A stretch of 64,000 nt of DNA. It comes from a virus. Both the position numbers and the translations under genes were made by a program. Positions within the stretch are counted from its first letter, which is position 1, and each line of letters starts with the position of its first letter. Below the pieces are notes generated by a model that saw only the letters and a list, made by a program, of their open reading frames with translations, had not been told where the DNA came from and searched no databases. The stretch is from positions 64,001 to 128,000 of IMG/VR virus record IMGVR_UViG_3300031884_000939; one strand, 5' to 3'. Below are positions 29,061 through 39,700 of the stretch, one piece after another.

Positions 29061-29278
29061 GCGGTTACCTCACCAAACTTCAATTTGAATAGCAAAGCGT
29101 CGTGTTCTTCTTTGAATATCCAATCCATACAGTTACCGCCAATGTCAGTAATGTATCTACCACCAGGTAAACCAAATAATTCTACTGCTTTATAGCACAC
29201 TTCGTCCCATCTTAATATATTATCAAGATCATTTTGTAGTGTTACCCTAACACTGAATGTATATTCAGGATCACGCAA
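29057..29278 (-). CDS. F-x-L-K-W family micro-protein
   Basis: WIFKEEHDALLFKLKFG. Confidence 0.7.
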   Translation of the reverse strand: MRDPEYTFSVRVTLQNDLDNILRWDEVCYKAVELFGLPGGRYITDIGGNCMDWIFKEEHDALLFKLKFGEVTA

Positions 29279-29510
29279 TATAAGTTTTCCTTATGTAATC
29301 GTCTGATTGTTCAGGAGTCATTGTATAATATAATAAGTTATCTTTTATATTAAAACGATTACAAAAACTTTGTCCATAGCGCAATCCATGTAAGGCGTCC
29401 CAGATAAAATCTTTGACCCACAGTTCGTATTCATCTAAAGTAATTCTTAGACTAGTGTGTCGTTCGTCATGTAATTCGTGATGTGTAAAAACAGAATGTC
29501 CGCTAGTCAT
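29271..29510 (-). CDS. Hypothetical protein
   Basis: LRYGQSFCN motif. Confidence 0.6.
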   Translation of the reverse strand: MTSGHSVFTHHELHDERHTSLRITLDEYELWVKDFIWDALHGLRYGQSFCNRFNIKDNLLYYTMTPEQSDDYIRKTYIA

Positions 29511-29750
29511 TATTCTTTAACTTCTATGTTTGGTTTTTCTTTGTTAGTCATTAGTTTTTCAGACTATCTATTATAAAATCACCAGCATCTCCAAACTCAT
29601 AGCCTTGATGCGGATACACAGCAATATTCCGTTCTCTACGATATATTGTAGTGAGCCAATGCCACTGTCCGTTGATCCGACGTGGTTTCCACGGACCTTG
29701 CGGTCCTTTAATAAATTTAATAAGTGTTAGACGAGATGATAAATAAGAAT

Positions 29751-29812
29751 GCCGATCACGATACTGGACATATCTACCGGCTCTAACAGTTAATAAGGAA
29801 CTATCAGCATGA
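29751..29812 (-). ncRNA. Candidate two-hairpin cis-antisense RNA over the homing-endonuclease RBS
   Basis: Minus-strand TATAAATA (29813-29820), then stems CUGAUAGUU/AACUGUUAG and GCCGGU/AUCGGC; G-U pairs only form on the minus strand. Confidence 0.6.
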
Positions 29813-30480
29813 TATTTATACCCAACAAATACACTAAATGGTATTTTGCCATTATCAATAATGCCAGGACTCGTACTAATACTGGTTATAACGAACAACA
29901 TCATATTACTCCTGAGTGCTTTTTCAAAAACAGAACTCGCAAAGGTCCAGCTGGACAGCTAGTCGGTAATCCTGAAGATCCATCCAACAAAGTAAAACTT
30001 ACAGCAAAAGAACACTTCATTTGTCATCACCTTCTAACTAAAATGCTTGCCGATACTCGCCCACGGGCACAAATGCTAAAAGCCCTAGAACGAATGACCG
30101 CAAGTAATAATAAACATCAACGCTACAAAATAACAGCCCGACTATTTCAACAAATTCGTATCGAAGCCGCTACAGCACATTCAACTCTAATCAAAGGCAA
30201 ACCGAGCCATTCAAAAGGTAAAAAATGCCCTAACATCTCAATGGCTAAAACAGGTAAATCTATTAAACAACCACCTAGAACCGAACAGCATCGTATCAAT
30301 CTTGGCAATAGCCTCAAAGGTAAACCTGCTTGGAACAAAGGTAAAACTTACACTAACAAACCATACAAACGATTAACCTGTCCTCATTGCGGATTAGAAG
30401 GTAGCATCGCTAATATTAAACGCTGGCATAACAATAACTGTAAATCAATCCCAATGGGCACGGAAGTACTTTCCAAATAG
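29809..30480 (+). mobile_element. Free-standing HNH-type homing endonuclease with NUMOD3-like tail
   Basis: NKYTKWY..II..A, YNEQHHITP, LTAKEHFICHHLLTKM, PAWNKG, CPHCG...RWHNNNCK; opposite strand to neighbours. Confidence 0.85.
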
Positions 30481-31116
30481 TCTAAATCCGTTATCCATCC
30501 GGGCTTGATGTGCTTTAAGTCCTTCCCAATCACATTTAGGACTTACGTAATTTTCGTCCCATGGCGCTGTGTCATTACAGCCACTATGATCCCAAAACTT
30601 ATCTTCGGAGTGTTCATCAACTAATTGTTCGAATGCCCATATTTCTTCGTTAAGCACCCAGTCCCAACGGTCATGTAGTGTTGTATCTTCATCGCCCATG
30701 TCTACAGCGTGTGCGTTAACCTCTACACCTTTTTTCTTACGACGCTGACCTTTTTTGTAGCCTTCAGATTGTAAGTGTACCGGTACATCTTCGTCGTCGA
30801 CATATGGACTACCATGCTTAGTATCACGTAACTGTTTGAGCATAGGTAGTATGACATCAGCTAATGTATGATCCATTGACCAAGTGTCCCAAAAGTCAAT
30901 CTTGATATAAGACCAGCGTGGGTGGACTGTGTCTAGGAACTTTTGCCATAGTTGGCAAATAGGATCTAATATCTTAACCCAAGTTCCATATACAGGTTTA
31001 TACGCTACATCGTGGTCATAAAAGACTCCATCGTCCTTTTCCCAAAAGCAAACTCGCTTGAGAATATGATACGGGCTTACCCAGTGATTACGATACTTAC
31101 TTGTCCAAATTTTCAT
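30445..31116 (-). CDS. T4-like hypothetical protein
   Basis: IDFWDTWSMDHTLADVILPMLKQL...RWDWVL.E.IWAF...GFRLFGKYF..WD. Confidence 0.75.
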   Translation of the reverse strand: MKIWTSKYRNHWVSPYHILKRVCFWEKDDGVFYDHDVAYKPVYGTWVKILDPICQLWQKFLDTVHPRWSYIKIDFWDTWSMDHTLADVILPMLKQLRDTKHGSPYVDDEDVPVHLQSEGYKKGQRRKKKGVEVNAHAVDMGDEDTTLHDRWDWVLNEEIWAFEQLVDEHSEDKFWDHSGCNDTAPWDENYVSPKCDWEGLKAHQARMDNGFRLFGKYFRAHWD

Positions 31117-31291
31117 TTTTGTATTCCTTGATATAATCTTTTAAAATTTGTTCAACCAACTGATTTAGTGTAATATCTTGTTCATGAGCATATAACATAA
31201 GCTGATACAACTCTTCGCGATCTAATCGTAGTTCAACAATTTCGCTACCATCTAACGGGTCATCTATACTTGTTAAATCAATATCTGTCAT
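31097..31291 (-). CDS. Small ribbon-helix-helix-like protein
   Basis: AHEQDITLNQLVEQIL. Confidence 0.55.
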   Translation of the reverse strand: MTDIDLTSIDDPLDGSEIVELRLDREELYQLMLYAHEQDITLNQLVEQILKDYIKEYKNENLDK

Positions 31292-31473
31292 TACCAACTC
31301 CCGTCATCTATCCATAGTCTTACTGTTAAAAACAACCAACTAACGTACCAAGTACGTTCATTAGGTCCTGCCCATTCATCTGTAAACGCTCTGCCACCTT
31401 GTGGCATATAACGCCAGTGTAATGGATTAACTGTTATTATAACAGACATTCCCGAGTAAGTCAACCATTTCAT
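31291..31473 (-). CDS. Hypothetical protein
   Basis: Trp-rich 60 aa coupled ORF. Confidence 0.55.
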   Translation of the reverse strand: MKWLTYSGMSVIITVNPLHWRYMPQGGRAFTDEWAGPNERTWYVSWLFLTVRLWIDDGSW

Positions 31474-31892
31474 TTGTATTCCTTATCTAATTTGGTACTA
31501 GTTAATTCAGCTAGTACTTGGAACTTATCCCATGCTTCTTTAACTGCTGGGCGCTTGGCCAACTCGGTATCAGGTAACACGGTTTCTAGCCAAATCTCAG
31601 ATCTGCGTGTGCTGTGTGCGCCAAACTTACGAGGTTGGTGTAGCTTGCCGGAATCGTATAGTTCCATCGATATAGCTCTAAAAGCCAATTTGTGTTTATC
31701 GGTTGGGTAGTGTTGCCACTCCGGACTACTCCAACTTTGACGAGCATGATATCCTTGCCAAATGTCTTCCCACTCCTCATCGATATGTGGATCAAAATTA
31801 GTACGAGCAATAACAACCAATACATCGTCAATGTCCACAACCCCTTCGTAGAGATCAACTAAACATCGACTATAACTTAATCCTACTTTCAT
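31470..31892 (-). CDS. Hypothetical protein
   Basis: MKVGLSYSRC..D...G.V..DDVLVVIART, GKLHQPR. Confidence 0.7.
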   Translation of the reverse strand: MKVGLSYSRCLVDLYEGVVDIDDVLVVIARTNFDPHIDEEWEDIWQGYHARQSWSSPEWQHYPTDKHKLAFRAISMELYDSGKLHQPRKFGAHSTRRSEIWLETVLPDTELAKRPAVKEAWDKFQVLAELTSTKLDKEYK

Positions 31893-32812
31893 TACACCTC
31901 CAAATATTGTAATTTAAACCAATCAGCACTTGCTTCATGGCCAACATAGCCTCGTGGGTTACATACTACTCTAGTATCGCCAATCCAATAGTTAAAATTA
32001 AAATGCGTGTGTCCATGTAGCCAATACTTAATCTGTGGCCTAGCTTCAATAAAATCATCCAAGTTACTACGAAAAGCAGCGTTTAGTAAGTTACCTTTAT
32101 ATACATCTGCTACGCTTAACTCAGACGGACAATGATGACCAACAACAATATAACTGCCGGGATCGCGTGTAACATGGTCAACATAGGCTAACATTTTCTT
32201 ATGGTCAACCACGCTATCTTCAGGAGTCCATCGAGCCGGCTCTTCTTTGCTCTTGTAGCCAATATTGATCATGGCACCTGTGGCATCTTTGCTATACTGC
32301 CCACCGTTACGACCATCATCGGTCCACAAAGGATTCTTTTCGTAGATAGGAACATTCCGCACAACCATTCTATTGCTGTTTAACACTTCGCGGAAATCAT
32401 TCATAGATCCTTGAGCATAATTCATAGCTAACGAATCCTCATTGTTCATGTCGGTCCATAGTGTACCACCAATAAATGTATGATCCATATGAGTCCAACA
32501 CTCTTTCTCAAGGATATGTAAATTACCATAGTCCAAATGATACTTAAGAATGTTTTCAGTATGGGCAACATCTCCCGAGTAGTGTTCGTGATTGCCCATG
32601 ATGTAAACTATATGGGGAAACTCTCGACAAACATTGTCAAAAAACTGCCTGTACTCTTTAGCCAAATGCTTTAAGTAAGTGGGCCTACCATCTGTGAAGT
32701 GTTTAGCTACACAGATGTCGCCAGCAAGAACTAATACATCTGCCTGTTCTTCATTCTTGAGTTCAATAGGTCCGAACTCTAAATGGATATCACTTGCTAG
32801 AGCTAATTTCAA
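31892..32812 (-). CDS. Calcineurin-like metallophosphoesterase
   Basis: SDIHLEF, LAGDI, GNHEHY, GHH.P, HGHTH, NPRGY. Confidence 0.92.
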   Translation of the reverse strand: MKLALASDIHLEFGPIELKNEEQADVLVLAGDICVAKHFTDGRPTYLKHLAKEYRQFFDNVCREFPHIVYIMGNHEHYSGDVAHTENILKYHLDYGNLHILEKECWTHMDHTFIGGTLWTDMNNEDSLAMNYAQGSMNDFREVLNSNRMVVRNVPIYEKNPLWTDDGRNGGQYSKDATGAMINIGYKSKEEPARWTPEDSVVDHKKMLAYVDHVTRDPGSYIVVGHHCPSELSVADVYKGNLLNAAFRSNLDDFIEARPQIKYWLHGHTHFNFNYWIGDTRVVCNPRGYVGHEASADWFKLQYLEV

Positions 32813-33146
32813 TTGTGACTTCCTTTAATTGTGTTTGTAGTTCTTTTACTAGGTCTTCGTCACCGCCTGCTAAGTAGGCTGTTTTATCCGGAAAGCGAGC
32901 TTTAATAGCATCGCGAAGTTCTGTTATTGTATTACCTTGACAAAGAAACTGTTTGTCTTCTTCACTATAACAATAGATTTGGCCGTTAACTCGTTCGACA
33001 GTAACCGGCATTAAAGTATCCGAGGCTTGCTTAATTTTAGAATCAATTTCTCCAATAACTTGGCGAACTACGCTTCTAATATAAACATATACAAATACAA
33101 ATGTTAATCCAATACCGATTACAATTCCTAAAATAATATCGCTCAT
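32790..33146 (-). CDS. Membrane-anchored hypothetical protein
   Basis: N-terminal transmembrane segment; FLCQG. Confidence 0.65.
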   Translation of the reverse strand: MSDIILGIVIGIGLTFVFVYVYIRSVVRQVIGEIDSKIKQASDTLMPVTVERVNGQIYCYSEEDKQFLCQGNTITELRDAIKARFPDKTAYLAGGDEDLVKELQTQLKEVTIEISSSK

Positions 33147-33661
33147 TTATCTAATCCTTTATCTTCTACACCTTGTTTATACCATTCAGTTAAGGGTTCT
33201 GGCTCTTCGTCATCTTCCCAACCCCATTCATCTTTAACTTTATCTTTGTAGTACTCTGGTTCATTGGAACTATCTGTACATTCATCATCGAAGTACTCGC
33301 CATCGTATATAGCTGTTCCTACAAATCCTACTCCAGGCTCAAAGTAATCTAGCTGAAATGTTACATTGGGTTGACTTCTTGCCCAAGTTTCAAACGCTTG
33401 AACTGGAGGAGCCCATGCCGTACTAAAACTAAAACTAATCGAATCACCTTCTTCGTCGTCTAGATAACATTCGTTGATATCCCACTTGGTGCCCCAATTT
33501 TCTACATTCCAGCTATACCAGTCTTGGTCGTTTTCAAACTTAGGTTGTGGGACCATCCAGTTCAATAATTCTCCATCATCGCTTTCTATAATCTTTTTGA
33601 TTTCATTAATTACTTCTGCTGGACCACTAATAGTTGCTCTGTTATCACACCAATTAGGCAT
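33143..33661 (-). CDS. DUF1281/YubB-like protein
   Basis: MPNWCDN, WYSWNVENWGTKWD, FSTAWAPP, YFEPGVGFVG. Confidence 0.75.
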   Translation of the reverse strand: MPNWCDNRATISGPAEVINEIKKIIESDDGELLNWMVPQPKFENDQDWYSWNVENWGTKWDINECYLDDEEGDSISFSFSTAWAPPVQAFETWARSQPNVTFQLDYFEPGVGFVGTAIYDGEYFDDECTDSSNEPEYYKDKVKDEWGWEDDEEPEPLTEWYKQGVEDKGLDK

Positions 33662-34115
33662 TCTTCTTCTCCTTGCGGTTTTCAAAATATTGTTCGTGTT
33701 GGACCCATTCATCATTAACTAGGAATCCCCAGTCTCTTCTTTGCTTACCAGGCATAAACAATGTCCAACAAGTCTTACCTGGCTTCAACTCAATTCTATG
33801 ATATGATTCTGCCGAACAAGTACGGAAGTGCCCTGGGCCACGCCATTTTTGTACTTCGCTAACCATTTCACCCATTTCATTAAAGTATGGGATCCATTCA
33901 TAATAGCCACCCCATAAAATTATTGTAGCATAGGGCCAAGGATGATCATGAACATCATCTGGATCGCCCTTTAGGAACTTGTGTAGGAATATATTAAATG
34001 GAAAGTGCTTACGATCCTTTAGGAACAAATAATATCGTTCCAAATAAGGTTCGTTATCTTGCCTGTCCAAAATAACACGGTATTTACCTAATCGTTCGAA
34101 TAGTTTTTTAAGCAT
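33654..34115 (-). CDS. Cupin-like hypothetical protein
   Basis: PYLERY, HDHPW, GGYYE, HRIEL, WTLF, WGF. Confidence 0.7.
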   Translation of the reverse strand: MLKKLFERLGKYRVILDRQDNEPYLERYYLFLKDRKHFPFNIFLHKFLKGDPDDVHDHPWPYATIILWGGYYEWIPYFNEMGEMVSEVQKWRGPGHFRTCSAESYHRIELKPGKTCWTLFMPGKQRRDWGFLVNDEWVQHEQYFENRKEKKNA

Positions 34116-34152
34116 ACAATGATTATACCTTAAAATCAATTACTTGTCAATG

Positions 34153-34179
34153 AAAAAGCCCCAGGGATTGGGGCTTTTT
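34153..34179. terminator. Bidirectional intrinsic terminator
   Basis: AAAAAGCCCCA-GGGAT-TGGGGCTTTTT. Confidence 0.85.
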
Positions 34180-34216
34180 GGTTTTAAATGCCGCCGAACG
34201 GGGCATTTAGGTGTGA

Positions 34217-34486
34217 TTACAAGCCTACAGCAAGAGCGCGGTAGCCAGCAGCGATCAACTCGCGTGATGGTTTGGTCAATGCGTATTCAGTTACTTGAAT
34301 GCCATTACCAGCCTTACGGTTGATAGTAGCTACAGCAAAACCATTGTGGCGAATGCGTGAAACTTCAGCGGCCAAGTTCTTGATGCCAAAACGCTTTTGT
34401 GCTACAGAAGCTGTAACAACTTCACCTGCTTGAAGAGCTGTTTGGAGTTTAAATGTTTTTGTATCGCGTGAATATTGATATTTCAT
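34217..34486 (-). CDS. Winged-HTH DNA-binding protein
   Basis: LQAGEVVTASVAQKRFGIKNLAAEVSRIRHNGF. Confidence 0.65.
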   Translation of the reverse strand: MKYQYSRDTKTFKLQTALQAGEVVTASVAQKRFGIKNLAAEVSRIRHNGFAVATINRKAGNGIQVTEYALTKPSRELIAAGYRALAVGL

Positions 34487-34633
34487 GTTTATTGTATCCT
34501 TTCTTAGTAGTAATAAACGGTAGTTGATTTTACACAACTTAGAACTAGTATACACTCACTAACTTAATAAAACAAGTGAAACGGCGCACTAAATTGGTTA
34601 ATTCTGCCAAAAACCGCTATACAGCGTTTTAAC

Positions 34634-34639
34634 TAAATA
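34634..34639 (+). promoter_or_regulatory. Late promoter TAAATA for the fibre island
   Basis: Same hexamer precedes structural genes at 1692, 9122, 18315, 41881, 47037, 63916; analogous to the T4 gp55 TATAAATA. Confidence 0.7.
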
Positions 34640-34664
34640 ATAAAGCTAACCAAGGATAACATAG

Positions 34665-36761
34665 ATGTCCCAAATTATTATTAACACCGGAAATATTGCC
34701 AATGATGGCACTGGTGACCCGCTACGTACCGCATTTAATGATGTAAATAACAATTTTACACAGGTTTTTAGTGCCGGCCCGGTAGGTAGTAACATAGCAA
34801 TCGCTAACAATACTATCCAAACTACCAATACAAATGGTAATTTAATCCTTGCTACAAATGGTGTAGGAGTTGTTGTTCCGGCGGCTAATTTTGTTCCAGA
34901 TAGACCAAACACTCGTTCTATTGGTACTTCAGCAGACCGTTTTTCTACAGTTTACGCCCAATATCTTAATGCCAATTCAGGTACATTTAGTGGTAACATT
35001 TATGCTGGAAATATGCATTTTACTGGCAATGTTGTTACAGTTAACTACTCTACAGCAAATATTGGAAACCTTAATCTTACATTAGCGGCCAACGCTTCTA
35101 ATGCCGCATTAGCTAATGGCGCTGGTATTATAGTTGCTAATGCCAATGCTAACTTAATTTATAATTACAGTTCTAATTCTTGGGATAGCTCAATTGCTAT
35201 TACAGCCCCAACCTTTATTGGCGATGGCGCAAATTTAACCAATGTTGTTGCTAATGTTAATGCTATTAATTTATTAGGCAACACATTAAGTTCATCTGTT
35301 GTATATTCAAATTTAACTAGTTTTGGAAGTGTAACTAGTTTATCAGCTATAGGTGATATATCAACTACAGGTAATGTTTATGCTAACGCAATCGTTGGCA
35401 ATACTATCTTTGGTGCTCTTAATGGCGACGGTAGTAACATTACTAATATTACGGCTAATGCTATTGTAGGTAATGTTCCATTTGCTCTTAATGCTAACTC
35501 AGCTTATACAGCTAACTTAGCAGCACTAGCCACACAAGCTATCAATGCCGACACAGCATTGTTTGCCATTAATGCTAACTTAGCAGCATTTTCTAATGTA
35601 GCAACTTCAGCACAAACAGCTAACAGTTCTCATTACTCTATTCAATCAGACAATGCTAACTCTGCTGTTGTAGCAGGTATGGCTTATGAATTATCTCCTA
35701 GTGCTAATGTGTCCTTAACTGGAAACATTCAAGTTGGAGGCATTTTAACTAACGGTTATTACTATGCTAACGGTACACCATTTACTGGTGCTACTAGTAA
35801 TGTTTCTAATTTAGTTAATGGCAATGCTATTTTTAGTTTAACATCAGATGGCGTGTTAAATCTTCCAGTAGGGCATAGTTATTCATACAATGCTACCCTT
35901 ACTGGCTATGGCAGCAACACAGCCCAAATACATTTTAATTTAGTTTGCGATCAATCAGGCACACAAACTGAATGGCAAGCAGGAATTACCAATCCAGGTA
36001 ACGGATATTCTGTAGGCCAAACATTTACATACGATTCTACATTCATAGGAATACCTAACGCATCTGTTAGTATCGAAGTCGCAAGTGTAAACGGATCTGG
36101 CGGAGTTACTAATTTAGCATTTACACAACCTCCATTATATCCACCTAGCTTTTATCAATCAAATTCATTTATAGCGTTAGAAGCTAATACACAGCGTTGG
36201 ACTTTTGGATTAAATGGCAACTTAACATTGCCGGCCACTATAACTGGCTTGGCTACTGCTGTCACACTTAACGCTGGCCTCACAGTAGGCTACTCCACAG
36301 CGGCCAACGTGCCAACCATTGCTGACACAGGTACAGGCACAGGCCTAACTGTTGACATCATAGCCGATAGTGGCAACGCTGGTTCAATTACTAGTGTCAC
36401 CCTTAATCAGCGTGGCCAAGGCTATGCGCCGGGTGATCAGTTAACTATTAATCAGCCCAGCAGTACTGGCAACGGTGAGTTAACTGTTGTGGCAGTCGAG
36501 ACTGTCAATCCTAGCATTAACTATGCTAACGGTCAACCATATGGTGGTAGTGGTAACTTTACAGGTAATATTAATGCTGTTAATGTTACAGCTACCGGTA
36601 ATGTTAGTGCTGGCAATTTATATATTGGTAACACACTTTTTACAAGAACACTTTTAGTAGGAACATGGACTGCCCCAGTTACTGTGCCGCTAGCAAGTAA
36701 TAATAGTTTTAATGTTTTAACTGCTAATGGCAGTTCTAACATCGTGGTATATACAACTTAA
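34665..36761 (+). CDS. Tail fibre (gp9/gp10-like N-terminus)
   Basis: INTGNIANDGTGDPLRTAFNDVNNNF; alanine coil; G.GY..G beta repeats. Confidence 0.8.
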   Translation: MSQIIINTGNIANDGTGDPLRTAFNDVNNNFTQVFSAGPVGSNIAIANNTIQTTNTNGNLILATNGVGVVVPAANFVPDRPNTRSIGTSADRFSTVYAQYLNANSGTFSGNIYAGNMHFTGNVVTVNYSTANIGNLNLTLAANASNAALANGAGIIVANANANLIYNYSSNSWDSSIAITAPTFIGDGANLTNVVANVNAINLLGNTLSSSVVYSNLTSFGSVTSLSAIGDISTTGNVYANAIVGNTIFGALNGDGSNITNITANAIVGNVPFALNANSAYTANLAALATQAINADTALFAINANLAAFSNVATSAQTANSSHYSIQSDNANSAVVAGMAYELSPSANVSLTGNIQVGGILTNGYYYANGTPFTGATSNVSNLVNGNAIFSLTSDGVLNLPVGHSYSYNATLTGYGSNTAQIHFNLVCDQSGTQTEWQAGITNPGNGYSVGQTFTYDSTFIGIPNASVSIEVASVNGSGGVTNLAFTQPPLYPPSFYQSNSFIALEANTQRWTFGLNGNLTLPATITGLATAVTLNAGLTVGYSTAANVPTIADTGTGTGLTVDIIADSGNAGSITSVTLNQRGQGYAPGDQLTINQPSSTGNGELTVVAVETVNPSINYANGQPYGGSGNFTGNINAVNVTATGNVSAGNLYIGNTLFTRTLLVGTWTAPVTVPLASNNSFNVLTANGSSNIVVYTT

Positions 36762-36781
36762 TTCACTAGGAAATAATAGCA

Positions 36782-39700
36782 ATGGCAAACCAAATCCCAT
36801 TAATCGTAAATGCTGGCGCAGGTCAGATACAACAATTAGCAACAGAGGATAATCTTTCTGTTACTGCTAATGTTGTTACAGGTAATATTTTAGCAGGTGG
36901 CTACTTTTACGCAAACGGACAACCGTTTAGTGGCGGCGGCAATGCTACTCCAGGCGGCAGCAACACACAAGTTCAGTTTAATCTTGATGGCGCATTTGCT
37001 GGCGACTCTAGCTTTACATATGATAGTGCTAATGCCGCTAATGGCTTAATACTACAATCATCATTTGTAGCCAACCCAGGCGCTAGTATTTTAGAAGTAC
37101 ACGGGTTAAGCGCATATATGGGCGAAGTAGCCGGAGGTGGTATTGAGGTTAATGCTGCTACTCACACAACTACTATTAGTACTCCTGCTACAAATATTAC
37201 CGGCGATGTATCTGCCGCAGGCAATATTACTGGCAATTTTATTATTGGAGATGGTTCTCAGTTAACTAATCTTCCGTCAAGTACTCCTACAAATATTCAA
37301 TATGGCACAACTACAGTGGCTATTGACGCTCCAAGTGGTAATGTTTATATTCAAGTAGATGACAATCCAATTTGGACATTTAATTCTGATGCCACACTTA
37401 CTGCTCCTGGCACAATAATTGCTCAAGAATTAAATGCTGGCGACTACACATATGGAACTTCTGGCGATGCGTTTTTCCATTCTAATATTAGTGGAACTAG
37501 TATAGGCGTTACTGGTGGTGGTGGCATTGCCGTTGATGGTGGCGGCATCAGTATTGGTGGCACAGGCGGAGCAAACATTTTTGGTATTGCTAATGCTAAC
37601 ATTATTATTGGTGGTCCTTATACACAATCCGTTAATGTATTAACTCCTATCAATGCTACTAATAGTATCACAGCTACAAATTTTTATGGTACTGATATTT
37701 CAGCTTCGGGTAATATTACTAGTGATGGCAAAGTTATTACAGTAGCTAGCAACTTATCAGATGGCGCAGTATCTGGTGCTGGATTAATTGCTGGAGCAAA
37801 TACTGCTACTATTCTTTATGACAATAGCGTGTTTGGTTGGACAGTAAATCAAGGTTGGCACCCAGCGGCTAATGCAACATATAACTTAGGTCGTCCAACT
37901 CGTTATTGGAATAATCTTTATTCAGTTAATGTTACAGCTGATAACATGGATATTGTCGACGGGCTTGCTAGTAATTCTATTACTTCTGGATCATTCTTAT
38001 TAGCTAATGCGGGCAATTCAACTACTAGTATAATTCAACAAAATCAAAATCCTCCATTAGGTTCAGAGGCATTTGGTATTGAGTTATTAACCACTGCTAA
38101 TGATAACCCTGGTGTTTACAGTAGTGTTTCTGCTGGGCCAGACTATGTTTCATTACAAAGTAGTAATGCTGGTAATGCTAATGTAACATTACAAGGTGGA
38201 TATGGTATTACACTTAATACAAGTAATGCTACAGGCGGTGGACAACAAACTTGGACCTTTACAGAAGGCGGTCAATTCCTTGCTGCCGGAGATGTTAGCA
38301 CAACAGGTAATGTATTAGCTCAAGGAGTAGTTTCTGCTACTGGCAATATTATTACTGACGGATACTTTGTTGGTAACTTTGCTGGTAACATTACAGGTAA
38401 TATTGTTGTTCCTGGTTCAAATACACAAGTATTGTTTAACACAAACGGTAATGTTGATGCTGTTGGTGGATTAACTTATAACAAAGATTCAAACACATTA
38501 ACAATTTTAGGTGTTGTAAGTGCTCAAGGCGATGTATTTGGAGCTACTATTAATGGCAATGGTGCTAACTTAACTAGCTTGTATAGTACTGTTGATGTCA
38601 TTGCTCTTGGTAGAAATGCTGGCGGCGGCTCTTATGCTAATTCCATATCAATTGGTGTTGGTTCAGGTGACCAAGGAGCAAACTCAGTAGCAGTTGGTCC
38701 TTACAGTGGCGCTAATGCTCAAGGCAGTTATAGTGTAGCAATTGGTCGTAGCGCAGCTTATTCAGCTCAAGGAAATATTGCTATTGCTATTGGTCGCGGC
38801 GCTGGATGGGGCAACCAAAGTGACGAAGCGATTTCGATTGGTTATGGAGCAGGTAATTCAACACAAGGGTACCAAGCTATTTCCATTGGTTCAAATGCGG
38901 GTGCTAATTCACAAACTGATAACGCTATATCAATTGGTTCAGCGGCTGGTTTTGAAACACAAGGCGAATTTTCAATTGGTATTGGACATATAGCAGGCGG
39001 ATATTTCCAAGGACCACAAGCTATTGCGATTGGTTTATCAGCAGGTAATACTACGCAAGGCGCAAATGCTATAGCGTTAGGATGGATAGCTGGTAATATT
39101 AACCAAGGCAGTGATGGCATTGCTATTGGTACTAACGCTGGTAACAGTAATCAAGGCGTTGGAGCTGTTGCTATCGGCCGCTGGGCAGGCAATGGTAATC
39201 AAGGTATTAACTCTGTAGCACTTGGCCGCAATGCTGGTAATGTTAGTCAAGGTATAGAAGCTGTAGCTGTTGGTCATAGTGCTGGTAATACTACACAAGG
39301 TAATGCGGCAGTAGCCGTTGGTTGGCAAGCAGGTTATATCAGTCAAGCTGATTATTCTGTAGCGATTGGCGCTTATGCTGGTAACCTTAACATGGGTGCT
39401 AACGCTGTAGCCATTGGATCCTTTGCTGGATATCCAAATTCAGCTAATAACTCTATTGCTATTAACGGCAATCCAACTCCATTAGATGCGCCTAACGCAG
39501 GCTTTTATGTAGCTCCAGTTCGCAATGACACAGGTAATGTAACTAATGTCGTTTATTACAATACTTTAACTAATGAAGTTACATATGGTCCAACAACCAT
39601 TGGTAGCTCAATTGTTAATGGTAATAGTAATGTTTCTATTAGTACTGCTGGTGGCAACATCGACCTCAATGTAAATGGAAATCCATTTGGTAGTTTAGGA

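Noticed and set aside
29551-29904. 117-aa minus-strand ORF as given in the track
   Set aside because: The 5' half is antisense to the endonuclease and the structured RNA; only the 3' part (KGPQGPWK...GYEFG) looks protein-like and is probably a truncated gene
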